A DNA stretch of 64,000 nt from Patescibacteria group bacterium. GTDB taxonomy: Bacteria > Patescibacteriota > Patescibacteriia > JACRDY01. Below are positions 10,237-20,035 of the stretch, one piece after another. The notes under the pieces are model-generated. The model did not search any database. It worked only from the letters and a program-made list of their open reading frames with translations, and had not been told where the DNA came from. Each line of letters opens with the position of its first letter. Within the stretch, counting starts at the first letter, position 1. A program made the translations under genes and the position numbers. The DNA is taken from assembly GCA_041653535.1 (NCBI GenBank), contig JBAZFH010000005.1:12012-76011 (forward strand). The letters run 5' to 3'.

Positions 10237-10926
10237 ATGAAACTACTTTCCCGTCTGGAAAAAAACATAGGTACCTCTTTCAAAAACCAAGATTTGCTTA
10301 AACAAGCCTTGGTTCATCGGTCATATCTCAATGAAAATCCGGGTTTTAGCCTCGATCACAATGAACGCTTGGAATTTTTAGGTGATGCTGTTTTGGAGTT
10401 AGTGGTTACCGAACATCTTTATAATAATTATCCCAACCCCGAAGGAGAACTGACTACCTGGCGCGCCTCGCTGGTAAACGCCAAAATGCTGGGTGGCATA
10501 GCAAAAAAACTGGAAGTGGAAGACTATCTTTTTCTGTCTAAAGGAGAATCAAAAGACAAAAATTCCAAAGCCAGGGATTATATTTTGGCCAATGCCTTTG
10601 AAGCTATCACCGGCGCTATTTACCTGGATGGTGGCTACGAAGCGGCAAAAAAATTCATTGACGAAAAAGTATTGCCGGAACTACCGGAAATTTTGGATAA
10701 AAAACTTTACGTTGACCCAAAATCACGTTTTCAAGAAGCAGCTCAAGAACACGCGGGGATTACCCCACACTACGAAGTAATACAGGAAACCGGTCCCGAT
10801 CACGCCAAAAAATTTGTTGTCGGAATATTTTTGGATAAGGAAAAAATAGCACAGGGAGAAGGTATGTCCAAACAAGAAGCCCAGGAAAATGCCGCGCTGG
10901 CAGGGTTGGAAGTAAAGGGCTGGTAA
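10237..10926 (+). CDS. rnc: Ribonuclease III
   Basis: NERLEFLGDAVL signature; C-terminal dsRBD (DPKSRFQE...GPDH...SKQEAQENAA). Confidence 0.97.
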   Translation: MKLLSRLEKNIGTSFKNQDLLKQALVHRSYLNENPGFSLDHNERLEFLGDAVLELVVTEHLYNNYPNPEGELTTWRASLVNAKMLGGIAKKLEVEDYLFLSKGESKDKNSKARDYILANAFEAITGAIYLDGGYEAAKKFIDEKVLPELPEILDKKLYVDPKSRFQEAAQEHAGITPHYEVIQETGPDHAKKFVVGIFLDKEKIAQGEGMSKQEAQENAALAGLEVKGW

Positions 10927-10932
10927 AATTTT

Positions 10933-11005
10933 GCGGTCGTAGCTCAATGGATAGAGCACTTGGCTTCGGACCAAGGGGTTGCGGGTTCGACTCCTGCCGA
11001 CCGCG
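10933..11005 (+). tRNA. tRNA-Arg (anticodon TCG)
   Basis: Acceptor GCGGTCG/CGACCGC, anticodon arm cttgg-ctTCGga-ccaag, GGTTCGACTCC T-arm. Confidence 0.95.
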
Positions 11006-11021
11006 ATTTATTTAAATTTAC

Positions 11022-11123
11022 GGGGTGTTAGCTCAATGGTAGAGCAGTTGCCTCTTAAGCAATTGGTTAGAGGTTTGTCCCTTCGGGACATCTCCCGTAG
11101 GGAGACAAATCCTCTACATCCAA
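11022..11123 (+). pseudogene. tRNA-Lys(CTT) copy interrupted by a 30-nt insertion in the T-loop, degenerate 3' acceptor strand
   Basis: Identical to 11149-11220 up to GGTT, then tgtcccttcgggacatctcccgtagggaga (11076-11105), then CAAATCCTCT-ACATCCA. Confidence 0.8.
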
Positions 11124-11148
11124 GACTGTTCATTATTAAATTTTATAT

Positions 11149-11220
11149 GGGGTGTTAGCTCAATGGTAGAGCAGTTGCCTCTTAAGCAATTGGTTAGAGG
11201 TTCAAATCCTCTACACCCCA
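11149..11220 (+). tRNA. tRNA-Lys (anticodon CTT), intact, CCA not encoded
   Basis: GGGGTGT/ACACCCC acceptor, ctCTTaa anticodon loop, GGTTCAAATCC. Confidence 0.95.
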
Positions 11221-11240
11221 CTTTCAATAAAATTAACCGA

Positions 11241-11313
11241 CTTAAATAATTGGTTGGAGGTTTGTCCCTTCGGGACATCTCCCGTAGGGAGACAAATCCT
11301 CTACACCCCACCA
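11241..11313 (+). pseudogene. 3' half of tRNA-Lys with the same 30-nt T-loop insertion and encoded CCA
   Basis: cttaaataattggttggaggtt-[11263-11292 insertion]-caaatcctctacacccca-CCA. Confidence 0.8.
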
Positions 11314-11451
11314 AAATAACATCACTGAGAAGTGGTGTTATTTTATTTTAGAATTGTCTCAATATTGACATATCGAAAAAAAGAAGTTAACCTTCAATGA
11401 TTGCTTATTTAAAAAACATACTTTTGACACTTAAACCAAGGAGGTAGCAAA

Positions 11452-11739
11452 ATGAACCGAGAAACAAGGATTACGGAAATTCCTGATGTCGGGATTAAAA
11501 TCGAGCAACTAAAAAAGGCCGAGGGTATCTTTGGTATTAAACCAATACCCGGTCAGATAGCAAGCATTGATTCAATAGCCGCAGCGCCAGATAGCCAAGA
11601 CCTTTCTACGGCAAGAATCATCATTGCTCAATACAATTCATACGACGACGAGACAAATGATATGTCGATCACCTTAAACACCACCGAACTTGATGCCCTT
11701 ATTAAGGGCCTAATCGATTTGAAGAAAAAATTGGGTTAA
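11452..11739 (+). CDS. Hypothetical protein (95 aa)
   Basis: AGGAGG RBS, downstream hairpin terminator ~11748-11778. Confidence 0.7.
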   Translation: MNRETRITEIPDVGIKIEQLKKAEGIFGIKPIPGQIASIDSIAAAPDSQDLSTARIIIAQYNSYDDETNDMSITLNTTELDALIKGLIDLKKKLG

Positions 11740-11857
11740 TAATTTCAAAAGAGGATCTTCACAAGATGCCTCTTTTTTATATTAATTTAAAATCGCCGGA
11801 TTGAACTTTTGATCAAAAAACGCTAAACTATAACTAGTTAACAAATAAGTTAAAATT

Positions 11858-12262
11858 ATGGAAGAAAACACTCAAGGTACTAGCCCGACACCAGCACCAA
11901 CTCCAGCGCCAGTACCACCTACCCCTCCAGCAAGCAAGCCAGCTGGATCCGGTCTTGAGCCAAAAGTCGCGGCTGCTCTCAGCTACGTGCTTGGTTTTAT
12001 CACCGGCGCGTTTTTCTTTTTTACTTCCAAAGACAAGTTTGTGAAATTTCACGCCATGCAATCCATAATCACTAGCGTAGCCCTGATTATTATCGATTAT
12101 ATTCTAGGATTTGCCCTGCGCTATTCCTGGTGGAGAATAAGCGGGGTCTGGAACCTCATAGTATTTGTCTTATTTATTTTCTTGATTTACAAAGCCTACA
12201 ACCAAGAAAAATACAAATTACCGCTGATCGGCGATTGGGCTGAAAAATGGAGTTCAAAATAG
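11858..12262 (+). CDS. DUF4870-like membrane protein
   Basis: AAALSYVLGFITG...KDKFVKFHAMQS...KAY...YKLPLIG pattern; Pro-rich N-terminus. Confidence 0.85.
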   Translation: MEENTQGTSPTPAPTPAPVPPTPPASKPAGSGLEPKVAAALSYVLGFITGAFFFFTSKDKFVKFHAMQSIITSVALIIIDYILGFALRYSWWRISGVWNLIVFVLFIFLIYKAYNQEKYKLPLIGDWAEKWSSK

Positions 12263-12407
12263 TCTTCGGATAATATTGCCCTATATTTTTTTTAAAAAAA
12301 CCGTCTTAGCAAAAAGACGGTTTTTTATTTTATTGACAAAATATTAGTAATATGTTTAATATAATAATACTTAACGTTTTTTTAAAATCAAACCAAAGGA
12401 GTATCGG

Positions 12408-13205
12408 ATGAAACTGCGAAATATCTTGTTAACGATTATAATCGCCATTATCAGCATTGTTACAATCTTTTCTTGCGACAAAAAAGACGAAAGTGATGAC
12501 GACGGTGACGACGAAATGTGTATCAAATGTCACTCTACTTCAGAGTGCGTTTCATCTTTCGGTCAGGGCTGGGGTTGCGTTGACGACTGCTGTCTCGATA
12601 CCAACATCCCGCCCACCGATGATGATAATGACAATAACGACAACGGAGACCTGATCAACATCGCCCTTGGTCAGCCGGTTATTATCACCGACAACGGAGT
12701 CTGGGAAGTAAACAACGGCTCGACCGGTTATCTCACCAATGGCAAAATTGATGGTGACACCGTCGGCTATCAAAACTTTAACACCAACGAAGCGGGCGAA
12801 GTGACTATCACCGTCACTCTCCTTCAAAAATATCGAATCCAAAAAATCAGTTATAACCAAGGCAACTGTCTGCGAGCTGACGTTTGGAATGCCGATCTTA
12901 TGACCACTCCGTTCGGCACGACAGGAACGTTAGCCGGAACTCCTCACCACGGTGCCTGGACCAGTCACACCGGCGAAACCGTTACCAACCATGTGGCTAT
13001 TATTCTCACCAAAACCCGGCTGGACTGGAAAACTGATTGGTTGTCGATCGGTGAAATACAAATCTGGGCAAAACCGCAACCCGTCGGTGATGATGATTCG
13101 ATGAGTGACGATGATACCGGAGATGACGATAACAACAACGATGATAATAACGACAACAATGACAATAACAACGATAATGACGTGACTACGACTGACACCC
13201 ACTAA
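12408..13205 (+). CDS. Putative lipoprotein: Cys-rich module, discoidin/F5-8-like beta domain, D/N-rich tail
   Basis: Signal ending IFSC; CIKCH...C...C...CC; INIALGQPV...LTNG...SIGEIQIW resembles discoidin ends; AAGGAG RBS. Confidence 0.65.
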   Translation: MKLRNILLTIIIAIISIVTIFSCDKKDESDDDGDDEMCIKCHSTSECVSSFGQGWGCVDDCCLDTNIPPTDDDNDNNDNGDLINIALGQPVIITDNGVWEVNNGSTGYLTNGKIDGDTVGYQNFNTNEAGEVTITVTLLQKYRIQKISYNQGNCLRADVWNADLMTTPFGTTGTLAGTPHHGAWTSHTGETVTNHVAIILTKTRLDWKTDWLSIGEIQIWAKPQPVGDDDSMSDDDTGDDDNNNDDNNDNNDNNNDNDVTTTDTH

Positions 13206-13354
13206 ATTCACTCATTCAACCGGTCGCCTAAAAACGTCCGGTTTTTTGTTTAAAAAAGAAATAATTGTCATAGAGACGATTCATGAATTGCCCCTACAGA
13301 CATCAAAAAATAACCTTGCAAATAGCCAATTTTAGTGATAAACTGATAATTACT

Positions 13355-16300
13355 ATGACGGAAAACAATACCAAAAAAACTATACCCCAAAGCGAAGAAG
13401 AAATTCAGAAGTTTTGGCGGGATAATCAAATTTTCGAAAAATCAATAAATCAAGAAGCGCCGCATGGCGACTATATTTTTTATGATGGCCCGCCTTTTGC
13501 TACCGGCACGCCACACTATGGTCATATCGTGGCGAGTTTGATGAAAGACGTCGTCCCCCGCTACTGGACCATGAACGGCTGGCGAGTGGAGCGTAAATGG
13601 GGTTGGGACTGCCACGGTCTGCCGATCGAAAACATTGTCGAAAAAGAACTCGGCACTCATAGTAAAAAAGAAATCGAGGATAAAGTTGGTGTGGCCAAAT
13701 TTAACGAAAGCTGCCACAGCAAAGTCATGCTTTATGCTGACGAATGGAAAAAGTTTATCCCACGCCTCGGCCGCTGGGTTGATATGGAAGACGACTACAA
13801 AACCATGGACCAACGCTACATGGAAAGTATCTGGTGGGTGTTCAAACAACTCTGGGATAAAGGTTTGATTTACCAAAGCTACAAAGCAATGCATATCTGT
13901 CCGCGCTGCGAGACCACTCTTTCCCAATCAGAAGTCAGCGAAGGCTACAAAGATATCACTGATATTTCTGTGACAGTAAAATTTCAGTTAGTTGATGAAC
14001 CAAATACTTATATTCTGGCTTGGACTACTACGCCATGGACACTAGCCGGCAACATTGCGCTAGCTGTTGGCGCCAACGTGCCATATATTAAAGTAAAGTT
14101 TGATGATGGTAATTTTTATATTTTAGCTAAAGACACCGCGGAAAAAACTTTGACCAATGTTAAACATGAATTGGTTGAGGAACTAACCGGTAAAGATTTG
14201 GTTGGTAAATCCTATATCCCGCTTTTTCCTTACTACGACAAACCGGAAAATAAAGAACGCGGTTTTAAAGTCTACGCTGCTGATTTTGTTACTACTACTG
14301 ACGGTACCGGCGTAGTTCATATTGCTCCGGCTTTTGGCCAAGACGATATGAATCTAGGTATGGCAGAAAAACTGCCTTTCGTCCAACATGTTAATATGGA
14401 AGGTCGCTTCGCTCCGGAAGTTACCGACTTTTCCGGCGAGTTAGTCAAACCAATCGAAGATCCCAAAGCTACCGACCGCAAAATTATTGCTTGGCTGGAA
14501 AAAGAAGGTAAACTATTTGCGCAAGCAGAATACACTCACTCCTATCCTCACTGCTGGCGCTGCGACACTCCGCTACTCAACTACGCCACCTCTTCTTGGT
14601 TTGTTTCTGTGACCAAAATCAAAGACAAAATGTTGAAGGCAGCTAAAAAAATAAACTGGGTGCCGGCTTATCTAAAAGAAGGTCGTTTTGGCAAATGGCT
14701 TGAAGGCGCTACCGACTGGTCTATTTCTCGCCAGCGTTTTTGGGGTTCGGTCATGCCGATCTGGCAGTGTACCAAATGTAAAGAAAATCTGGTTTTTGGT
14801 TCGATCGAAGATTTGCGACAAGCAGCATTAGAACAAATTACTAAATTAATCTTGGTTCGTCACGGTGAAAGCCAAAAAAATGACAGTGGTGTTTTTGATT
14901 CTAGTCTCGATAGCACTTTTGAACTGACCAAAGACGGCATTAAACAAGCTAAGGCCGCGGCCAAAAAAATCGCCGCAGAAAATAAAGATAATAATGTCGT
15001 TATCTACGCTTCACCGGTGCTACGTACCAAACAGACTGCGGAAATTATCGCCAAAGAGCTTTCTCTTGGTATTAACTGGGCGCCAGAGCTAAAAGAAATC
15101 GACAACGGCAACTGGGATGGTAAAACAAAAGACGACCCAAACATTGCCGCTTCCCGAGCTGCTTACAAAAAATTAAACCTAGAAGAACAATACACCGCCA
15201 AACGCGGTGAAACCGGTGAATCATGGAAAGAACAAGAAGACCGAATGTATAACTTTGTCAGAACTGTTCTAGAAAAAGAAATTGGCAAAACCATCATTTT
15301 GGTTGGTCATCAGGGTCCGCTGCTTTATTTACTCAAATCGATTGAAGACTTGAGTCTAGAAAAGATCTACAAACTTTTTGACTCTCCGGCTTGGAATAGC
15401 TACGCCTATCCGATGAACGTTTATGTTAACCAAAAAACTCAAAAGCAGTTTGATCTGCATAAACAGACTGTTGATCCGATCGAAATCCGCTGTCCCAAAT
15501 GCGACCAACTGGCAAAACGTATTCCCGATGTACTCGACTGTTGGTTTGAGTCCGGGTCCATGCCTTATGCTCAACTTCATTATCCTTTTGAAAACAAAGA
15601 AAAGTTTGAAAGTAATTTTCCGGCAAAATTTATTGCCGAAGGCGTTGACCAAACTCGCGCCTGGTTTTATTACCTATTAGTTATCTCTACTGCCATCATG
15701 GATGAGGCGCCTTTTGAAAACGTGATTGCTAACGGTATTGTGCTAGCCGAAAACGGTCAGAAGATGAGCAAGCGGCTCAAAAATTATCCTGATCCAAACG
15801 CAGTTATCGATCGCTTTGGTGCCGACGCTATGCGCTACTACCTACTCACCTCTCCGGTGGTAAAAGCCGAGACACTAAACTTTTCCGAACAAGGCGTCGA
15901 GGAAACCTACAAAAAATTAATCATGATTTTATCCAATGTCTTTTCGTTTTATCAGATGTACGGTGCTGTCGAGACAGTTGCCGCCGATGACTCAACAAAT
16001 ATTTTGGATCGCTGGATACTGGCAAAACTAAATCTACTGATTGAAGAAACTACTAAACAAATGAACGCCTACGATCTAGTCGCCGCTTCCCGACCGATTA
16101 TTGAATTTGTCGACGAATTATCGACTTGGTTTGTCCGCCGCAGCCGCGATCGCTTCAAAGGCGATGATGCCACTGATAAACAAAACGCCTTGCAAACACT
16201 AAAATACGTTTTACTGACTCTAAGCAAAATCATGGCGCCGTTTACGCCGTTTATTGCTGAAAAAATTTACCGTGAAATTGGCGGACAAAAAGAATCAGTA

Positions 16301-16828
16301 CATCTGGACGTCTGGCCGCAGGTTAATAAAAAATTGATCGACCAAACATTACTTGATCAAATGACTCTAGCCCGACAAATCGTCGAAGCTGGACTAGCTG
16401 CTCGCGCGACTACCGGGATCAAGATTCGCCAACCGTTACTTTCTTACTCCACCACTCTGACCAAAAAACTTTCAGATGAACTGATTGATATTCTAAAAGA
16501 CGAACTAAACGTTTTGGATATTAAATTCGGTGAAGATAAACTTGATACTACTATGACACCGGAACTAAAAGAGCAGGGTTTGGTCCGCGAACTAGTGCGC
16601 TTCATCAACGCTTTGCGAAAAAATGCTGGCCTGACTATCTCTGACCGCGTGACCGTTTACTATCAAACCGACAACCAGGAAATTAACGACGTTTTCACCA
16701 AATTCTCCGACCAGCTCGCCAAAGACACTTTGGCTAGTAGTCTAAAAAATGAAAAAGCCGAAGTGGCGGAAAACTGGCAATCCGAAGTAAAAATTAATGA
16801 AACTAAAGTCTGGTTGGGATTAAAATAG
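13355..16828 (+). CDS. ileS: Isoleucine--tRNA ligase (IleS2 type) with inserted histidine-phosphatase domain
   Basis: FYDGPPFATGTPHYGH, GWDCHGLP, WTTTPWTL, DWSISRQRFWG, KMSKR; LILVRHGES insert ~14840-15450. Confidence 0.95.
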   Translation: MTENNTKKTIPQSEEEIQKFWRDNQIFEKSINQEAPHGDYIFYDGPPFATGTPHYGHIVASLMKDVVPRYWTMNGWRVERKWGWDCHGLPIENIVEKELGTHSKKEIEDKVGVAKFNESCHSKVMLYADEWKKFIPRLGRWVDMEDDYKTMDQRYMESIWWVFKQLWDKGLIYQSYKAMHICPRCETTLSQSEVSEGYKDITDISVTVKFQLVDEPNTYILAWTTTPWTLAGNIALAVGANVPYIKVKFDDGNFYILAKDTAEKTLTNVKHELVEELTGKDLVGKSYIPLFPYYDKPENKERGFKVYAADFVTTTDGTGVVHIAPAFGQDDMNLGMAEKLPFVQHVNMEGRFAPEVTDFSGELVKPIEDPKATDRKIIAWLEKEGKLFAQAEYTHSYPHCWRCDTPLLNYATSSWFVSVTKIKDKMLKAAKKINWVPAYLKEGRFGKWLEGATDWSISRQRFWGSVMPIWQCTKCKENLVFGSIEDLRQAALEQITKLILVRHGESQKNDSGVFDSSLDSTFELTKDGIKQAKAAAKKIAAENKDNNVVIYASPVLRTKQTAEIIAKELSLGINWAPELKEIDNGNWDGKTKDDPNIAASRAAYKKLNLEEQYTAKRGETGESWKEQEDRMYNFVRTVLEKEIGKTIILVGHQGPLLYLLKSIEDLSLEKIYKLFDSPAWNSYAYPMNVYVNQKTQKQFDLHKQTVDPIEIRCPKCDQLAKRIPDVLDCWFESGSMPYAQLHYPFENKEKFESNFPAKFIAEGVDQTRAWFYYLLVISTAIMDEAPFENVIANGIVLAENGQKMSKRLKNYPDPNAVIDRFGADAMRYYLLTSPVVKAETLNFSEQGVEETYKKLIMILSNVFSFYQMYGAVETVAADDSTNILDRWILAKLNLLIEETTKQMNAYDLVAASRPIIEFVDELSTWFVRRSRDRFKGDDATDKQNALQTLKYVLLTLSKIMAPFTPFIAEKIYREIGGQKESVHLDVWPQVNKKLIDQTLLDQMTLARQIVEAGLAARATTGIKIRQPLLSYSTTLTKKLSDELIDILKDELNVLDIKFGEDKLDTTMTPELKEQGLVRELVRFINALRKNAGLTISDRVTVYYQTDNQEINDVFTKFSDQLAKDTLASSLKNEKAEVAENWQSEVKINETKVWLGLK

Positions 16829-16910
16829 TAAATAGGAGGTAGTAAATAGTAGATAATAAAATATCTACCCACCACCTCCTAACCTCCTATCATCCTAACC
16901 TCCTATATTT

Positions 16911-17867
16911 ATGAATGTTCAACAAATTTTCGATCTCGCTATCAAGCTCGGTGTTGATGCCGACTTGCGCGGCAAAGCAGCTGTCCAAAAGATGCTCCGA
17001 CGCAAAAAAGAACTGTACGACAAGTTAGGCAAGGATGCCAAAGCCGAATTTGATACCGAAGCGTTAACCAACCCTTATTTGGATAGCCGTGTTCATTATG
17101 ATTCTGGCAAGCCAGTCAAAAAAGTTTTGGTTGGTATTGACATGGAGGGCGATGAGCTGATTATTGCCAACCAAATGAAAGACATCGATGCGGTAATTGC
17201 CCATCATCCTCGCGGTAAAGGTTTGGCTGATCTTGCTGACGTCATGCATTTACAAGCCGAAGTACTTGCCGGCTATGGCGTACCGATCAACGTAGCCGAA
17301 GGCGTCCAGCGGGAAAAGATATCCGAAGTAGCTCGCAGTCTCAGCGCCGTCAATCATTATCGCCCGGTCGACATGGCTCGTCTGCTAAATCTTAGCTACC
17401 TGAACATCCACACTCCGGCAGACAACCTAGTCGCTAGTTTTCTGAAGAAAAAAATTACCTCCGGCAAATGCGAATACGTTGGCGATATCATGAAAATGTT
17501 AAAAGGGATTCCAGAATACACAGCAGCAGTCAAGCTTGGCACCGGACCAAAAGTACTTACCGGTAGCGCCAACAATCATTGTGGCAAAATTGCTATTACT
17601 GAAATTACCGGCGGTACCGAAGGTTCGCCAAAAATTTATGAAAAAATGGCACAAGCCGGTATCGGTACCGTCATCTCCATGCATCAATCCGAAGAACACC
17701 GCAAGGAAGCCGAAGCCGCTCATATCAATGTTATTATCGCCGGACATATTTCCTCCGACTCGCTGGGCATGAATCTATTTTTAGACGAACTGGAAAAAAA
17801 GGGAATTAAACTCATTCCTTGTTCTGGTCTGATCCGCGTCAGCCGCAACAAAAAAAACCGCCAATAG
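16911..17867 (+). CDS. NIF3/DUF34 (NGG1p-interacting factor 3-like) metal-binding protein
   Basis: VLVGIDM, IAHHP, HTPADN, AGHISSDSLG motifs. Confidence 0.85.
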   Translation: MNVQQIFDLAIKLGVDADLRGKAAVQKMLRRKKELYDKLGKDAKAEFDTEALTNPYLDSRVHYDSGKPVKKVLVGIDMEGDELIIANQMKDIDAVIAHHPRGKGLADLADVMHLQAEVLAGYGVPINVAEGVQREKISEVARSLSAVNHYRPVDMARLLNLSYLNIHTPADNLVASFLKKKITSGKCEYVGDIMKMLKGIPEYTAAVKLGTGPKVLTGSANNHCGKIAITEITGGTEGSPKIYEKMAQAGIGTVISMHQSEEHRKEAEAAHINVIIAGHISSDSLGMNLFLDELEKKGIKLIPCSGLIRVSRNKKNRQ

Positions 17868-18049
17868 TTGTTTATACTATATTAGTTTTAAAAAAAACCG
17901 CCGACATTTTAAGCAGCGGTTTTTTAAGCTATCGGCTATAAACTATTTATTATTTCCCATTGACAACTTATTTTTCAAAATGTATCGTTAAGATTGCCTT
18001 TATACTAGTGCTAAGAGAATAGTGTTTTTTAAGAAAGGGGGCAGGTCTC

Positions 18050-18268
18050 ATGTCAGGCAAAGGCAAAAAGAGGACGGGCAATGGAGAGATCGACGTCGAT
18101 GTATACACTTTTATGGTTCAAAAAATGGCTATAACCAACCCTAACCATTTCAGTGCGGAATGCAGTGATGAATGCTGGGCGGGATTACCTCAACACCCGA
18201 CCAGACGCAGAGATCCACTGCGACGTGAAAATGATCTCAAGAAAACCACCGGCTCCGTTCTAATTTAA
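18050..18268 (+). CDS. Small hypothetical protein (72 aa)
   Basis: Upstream TTGACA at ~17960, AAGGGGG RBS-like, terminator ~18303-18345. Confidence 0.45.
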   Translation: MSGKGKKRTGNGEIDVDVYTFMVQKMAITNPNHFSAECSDECWAGLPQHPTRRRDPLRRENDLKKTTGSVLI

Positions 18269-18397
18269 TTGCTAAAAGCCTAGGAGAAAAACCCACCAAA
18301 AGACCGCAATCATATTTGACCGTCGCAATGGCGGTCGTTTTTTTTATTCAAAATAAGACATTTCTTCCCTAAAATAAGCTTTTAAAACATCCTGCTA

Positions 18398-18515
18398 TTG
18401 ACAATAAATGTTAAATATGATATGATGATTAATTCTGAACATTACAAAAAATAGCTGTTTCTAAATAGCGGTAACCCGCCTTGTGTGGGTTGCTGCTAGC
18501 TAGAAATAGCTATTT
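18398..18515 (+). promoter_or_regulatory. sigma70 promoter followed by a long leader hairpin
   Basis: TTGACA(18398)-N17-TATGAT; hairpin 18449-18515. Confidence 0.7.
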
Positions 18516-18558
18516 AATAACGAAAAACCATTAACCGGATAACCAGGAGGTTACCAGC

Positions 18559-19353
18559 ATGGCAAAGCGTTACTACCGGCTGCAAGTCGGAACCAACGAT
18601 TACATCCCCCGGGTCGACGGCCTGTCCAACCCGAACGAGCCGCAGCACCAGCTGCAGGCCCGTGGCGAAGACGGTCGTTTCATCGACAACGACATCCTTA
18701 TTTCGATGACGTTTGACGATGAAATGCTCCGTAACGGGGAAGTCTTTGGCTTCCACATCATCGGTGTCATGAAGCCGATAGCCGACGAAGATGATGAGCT
18801 CATGGTCGATCTGCAAAAGAGTTTGGAAGAAAAAGAAATGGCGGCGCGTGATCATGAGCGCTATTTGCTGGAAAAACACCTTGAGGGTTTCGAAGTGATC
18901 GATGCCAACGGCAAGCAGGTCTATGACCTCGATTGCTATGATGACGAACCGTTCGACGACAAAAAATCCGATTGCTACGACGATCTTGAGACTAACGAAA
19001 CGCGAATCGCCGAAGCCGACCGCCGGCAAAAAAATCATATCCGAGACCATTTGGAGTGGCGCCGTGACGGAAGGGTCAAGAGCAGACGATTCGAAAGCAC
19101 ACCGCCCAGTCAAAAAGGACTGGAAATCAAACGCGCGCAAAAGATCGGTGCCGAAATGCGTTGGTACGGCTTTTCGGATGACCCCTGGCGCTTCTACGAA
19201 GTACCGGAACGGCGACCGAAAGCATTCACCATCTGGACAGCTCTCCGGTTGGTGAATAAAAAGTTTCAAATCAACCAACCGACCATGTTACGGCGAACTC
19301 TTTTCGCCGGAATTCCGACGGCGAATAGTTCGTTCCACGTCGCCCATGCGTAA
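18559..19353 (+). CDS. Hypothetical protein (264 aa, acidic centre, elevated GC)
   Basis: AGGAGG RBS, codon bias on + strand, terminator ~19436-19462. Confidence 0.75.
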   Translation: MAKRYYRLQVGTNDYIPRVDGLSNPNEPQHQLQARGEDGRFIDNDILISMTFDDEMLRNGEVFGFHIIGVMKPIADEDDELMVDLQKSLEEKEMAARDHERYLLEKHLEGFEVIDANGKQVYDLDCYDDEPFDDKKSDCYDDLETNETRIAEADRRQKNHIRDHLEWRRDGRVKSRRFESTPPSQKGLEIKRAQKIGAEMRWYGFSDDPWRFYEVPERRPKAFTIWTALRLVNKKFQINQPTMLRRTLFAGIPTANSSFHVAHA

Positions 19354-19528
19354 GTGGATGGACTATAGACAAGCAATTTTACCCCACCAACAGCGACACA
19401 TCTGTCGCAATCACTAATTCATCACTACAGCCACGCCCCGCGCCTAAAAACGCGGGGTTTTTGCTTTTTTTACAGAAATGATATAATAAAAACAGTGAAA
19501 AAACATTTTTATTCAAAGGGAGGGTAAA

Positions 19529-19957
19529 ATGGCACCTTTCTTTTTTTGTGACGAAGATGATGAAGGCCGCGATCACACTGTGGTAATTGGCGACTTGTTT
19601 CCCGAGGCAAAAGACATCGGCGGAAGTCCCCGTGTTGACATCACAAGAACCGTTATTCCCAAGAGGGGCTTTAACCCCGAACTACCTTTTTGCGTCGTTT
19701 GTGGGGAAATAGTACCTTCACGGCATTTCGCCTGTCCTACCTGTCTCAAAATCAGAGGAGCAAAAATAATCTTTGGTGATAACAAAGGATTAGAACAAAA
19801 TCTACAAAAAGAAGAAAGACCGCCCGATGGTACGATCCTAAGCCCGACCACCCACGAAGATTTGTTAGTCTTCTTAATGACCGATGAAAAAGACAACAAA
19901 AACAACGACTGTGCCGATTGTGAAAACTGCGGTGAATGTGAGACTGAAAACTGGTAA
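19529..19957 (+). CDS. Hypothetical Cys-rich (zinc-ribbon-like) protein
   Basis: CVVC...CPTC plus C-terminal CADCENCGEC; GGAGG RBS. Confidence 0.65.
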   Translation: MAPFFFCDEDDEGRDHTVVIGDLFPEAKDIGGSPRVDITRTVIPKRGFNPELPFCVVCGEIVPSRHFACPTCLKIRGAKIIFGDNKGLEQNLQKEERPPDGTILSPTTHEDLLVFLMTDEKDNKNNDCADCENCGECETENW

Positions 19958-20035
19958 CCGACTCCCTTCTACACCCACAGAGCGGCAAAAAAACCGCTCT
20001 TTTCTTTTTGTCATTTTTTGCTAAAATACTAGTCT

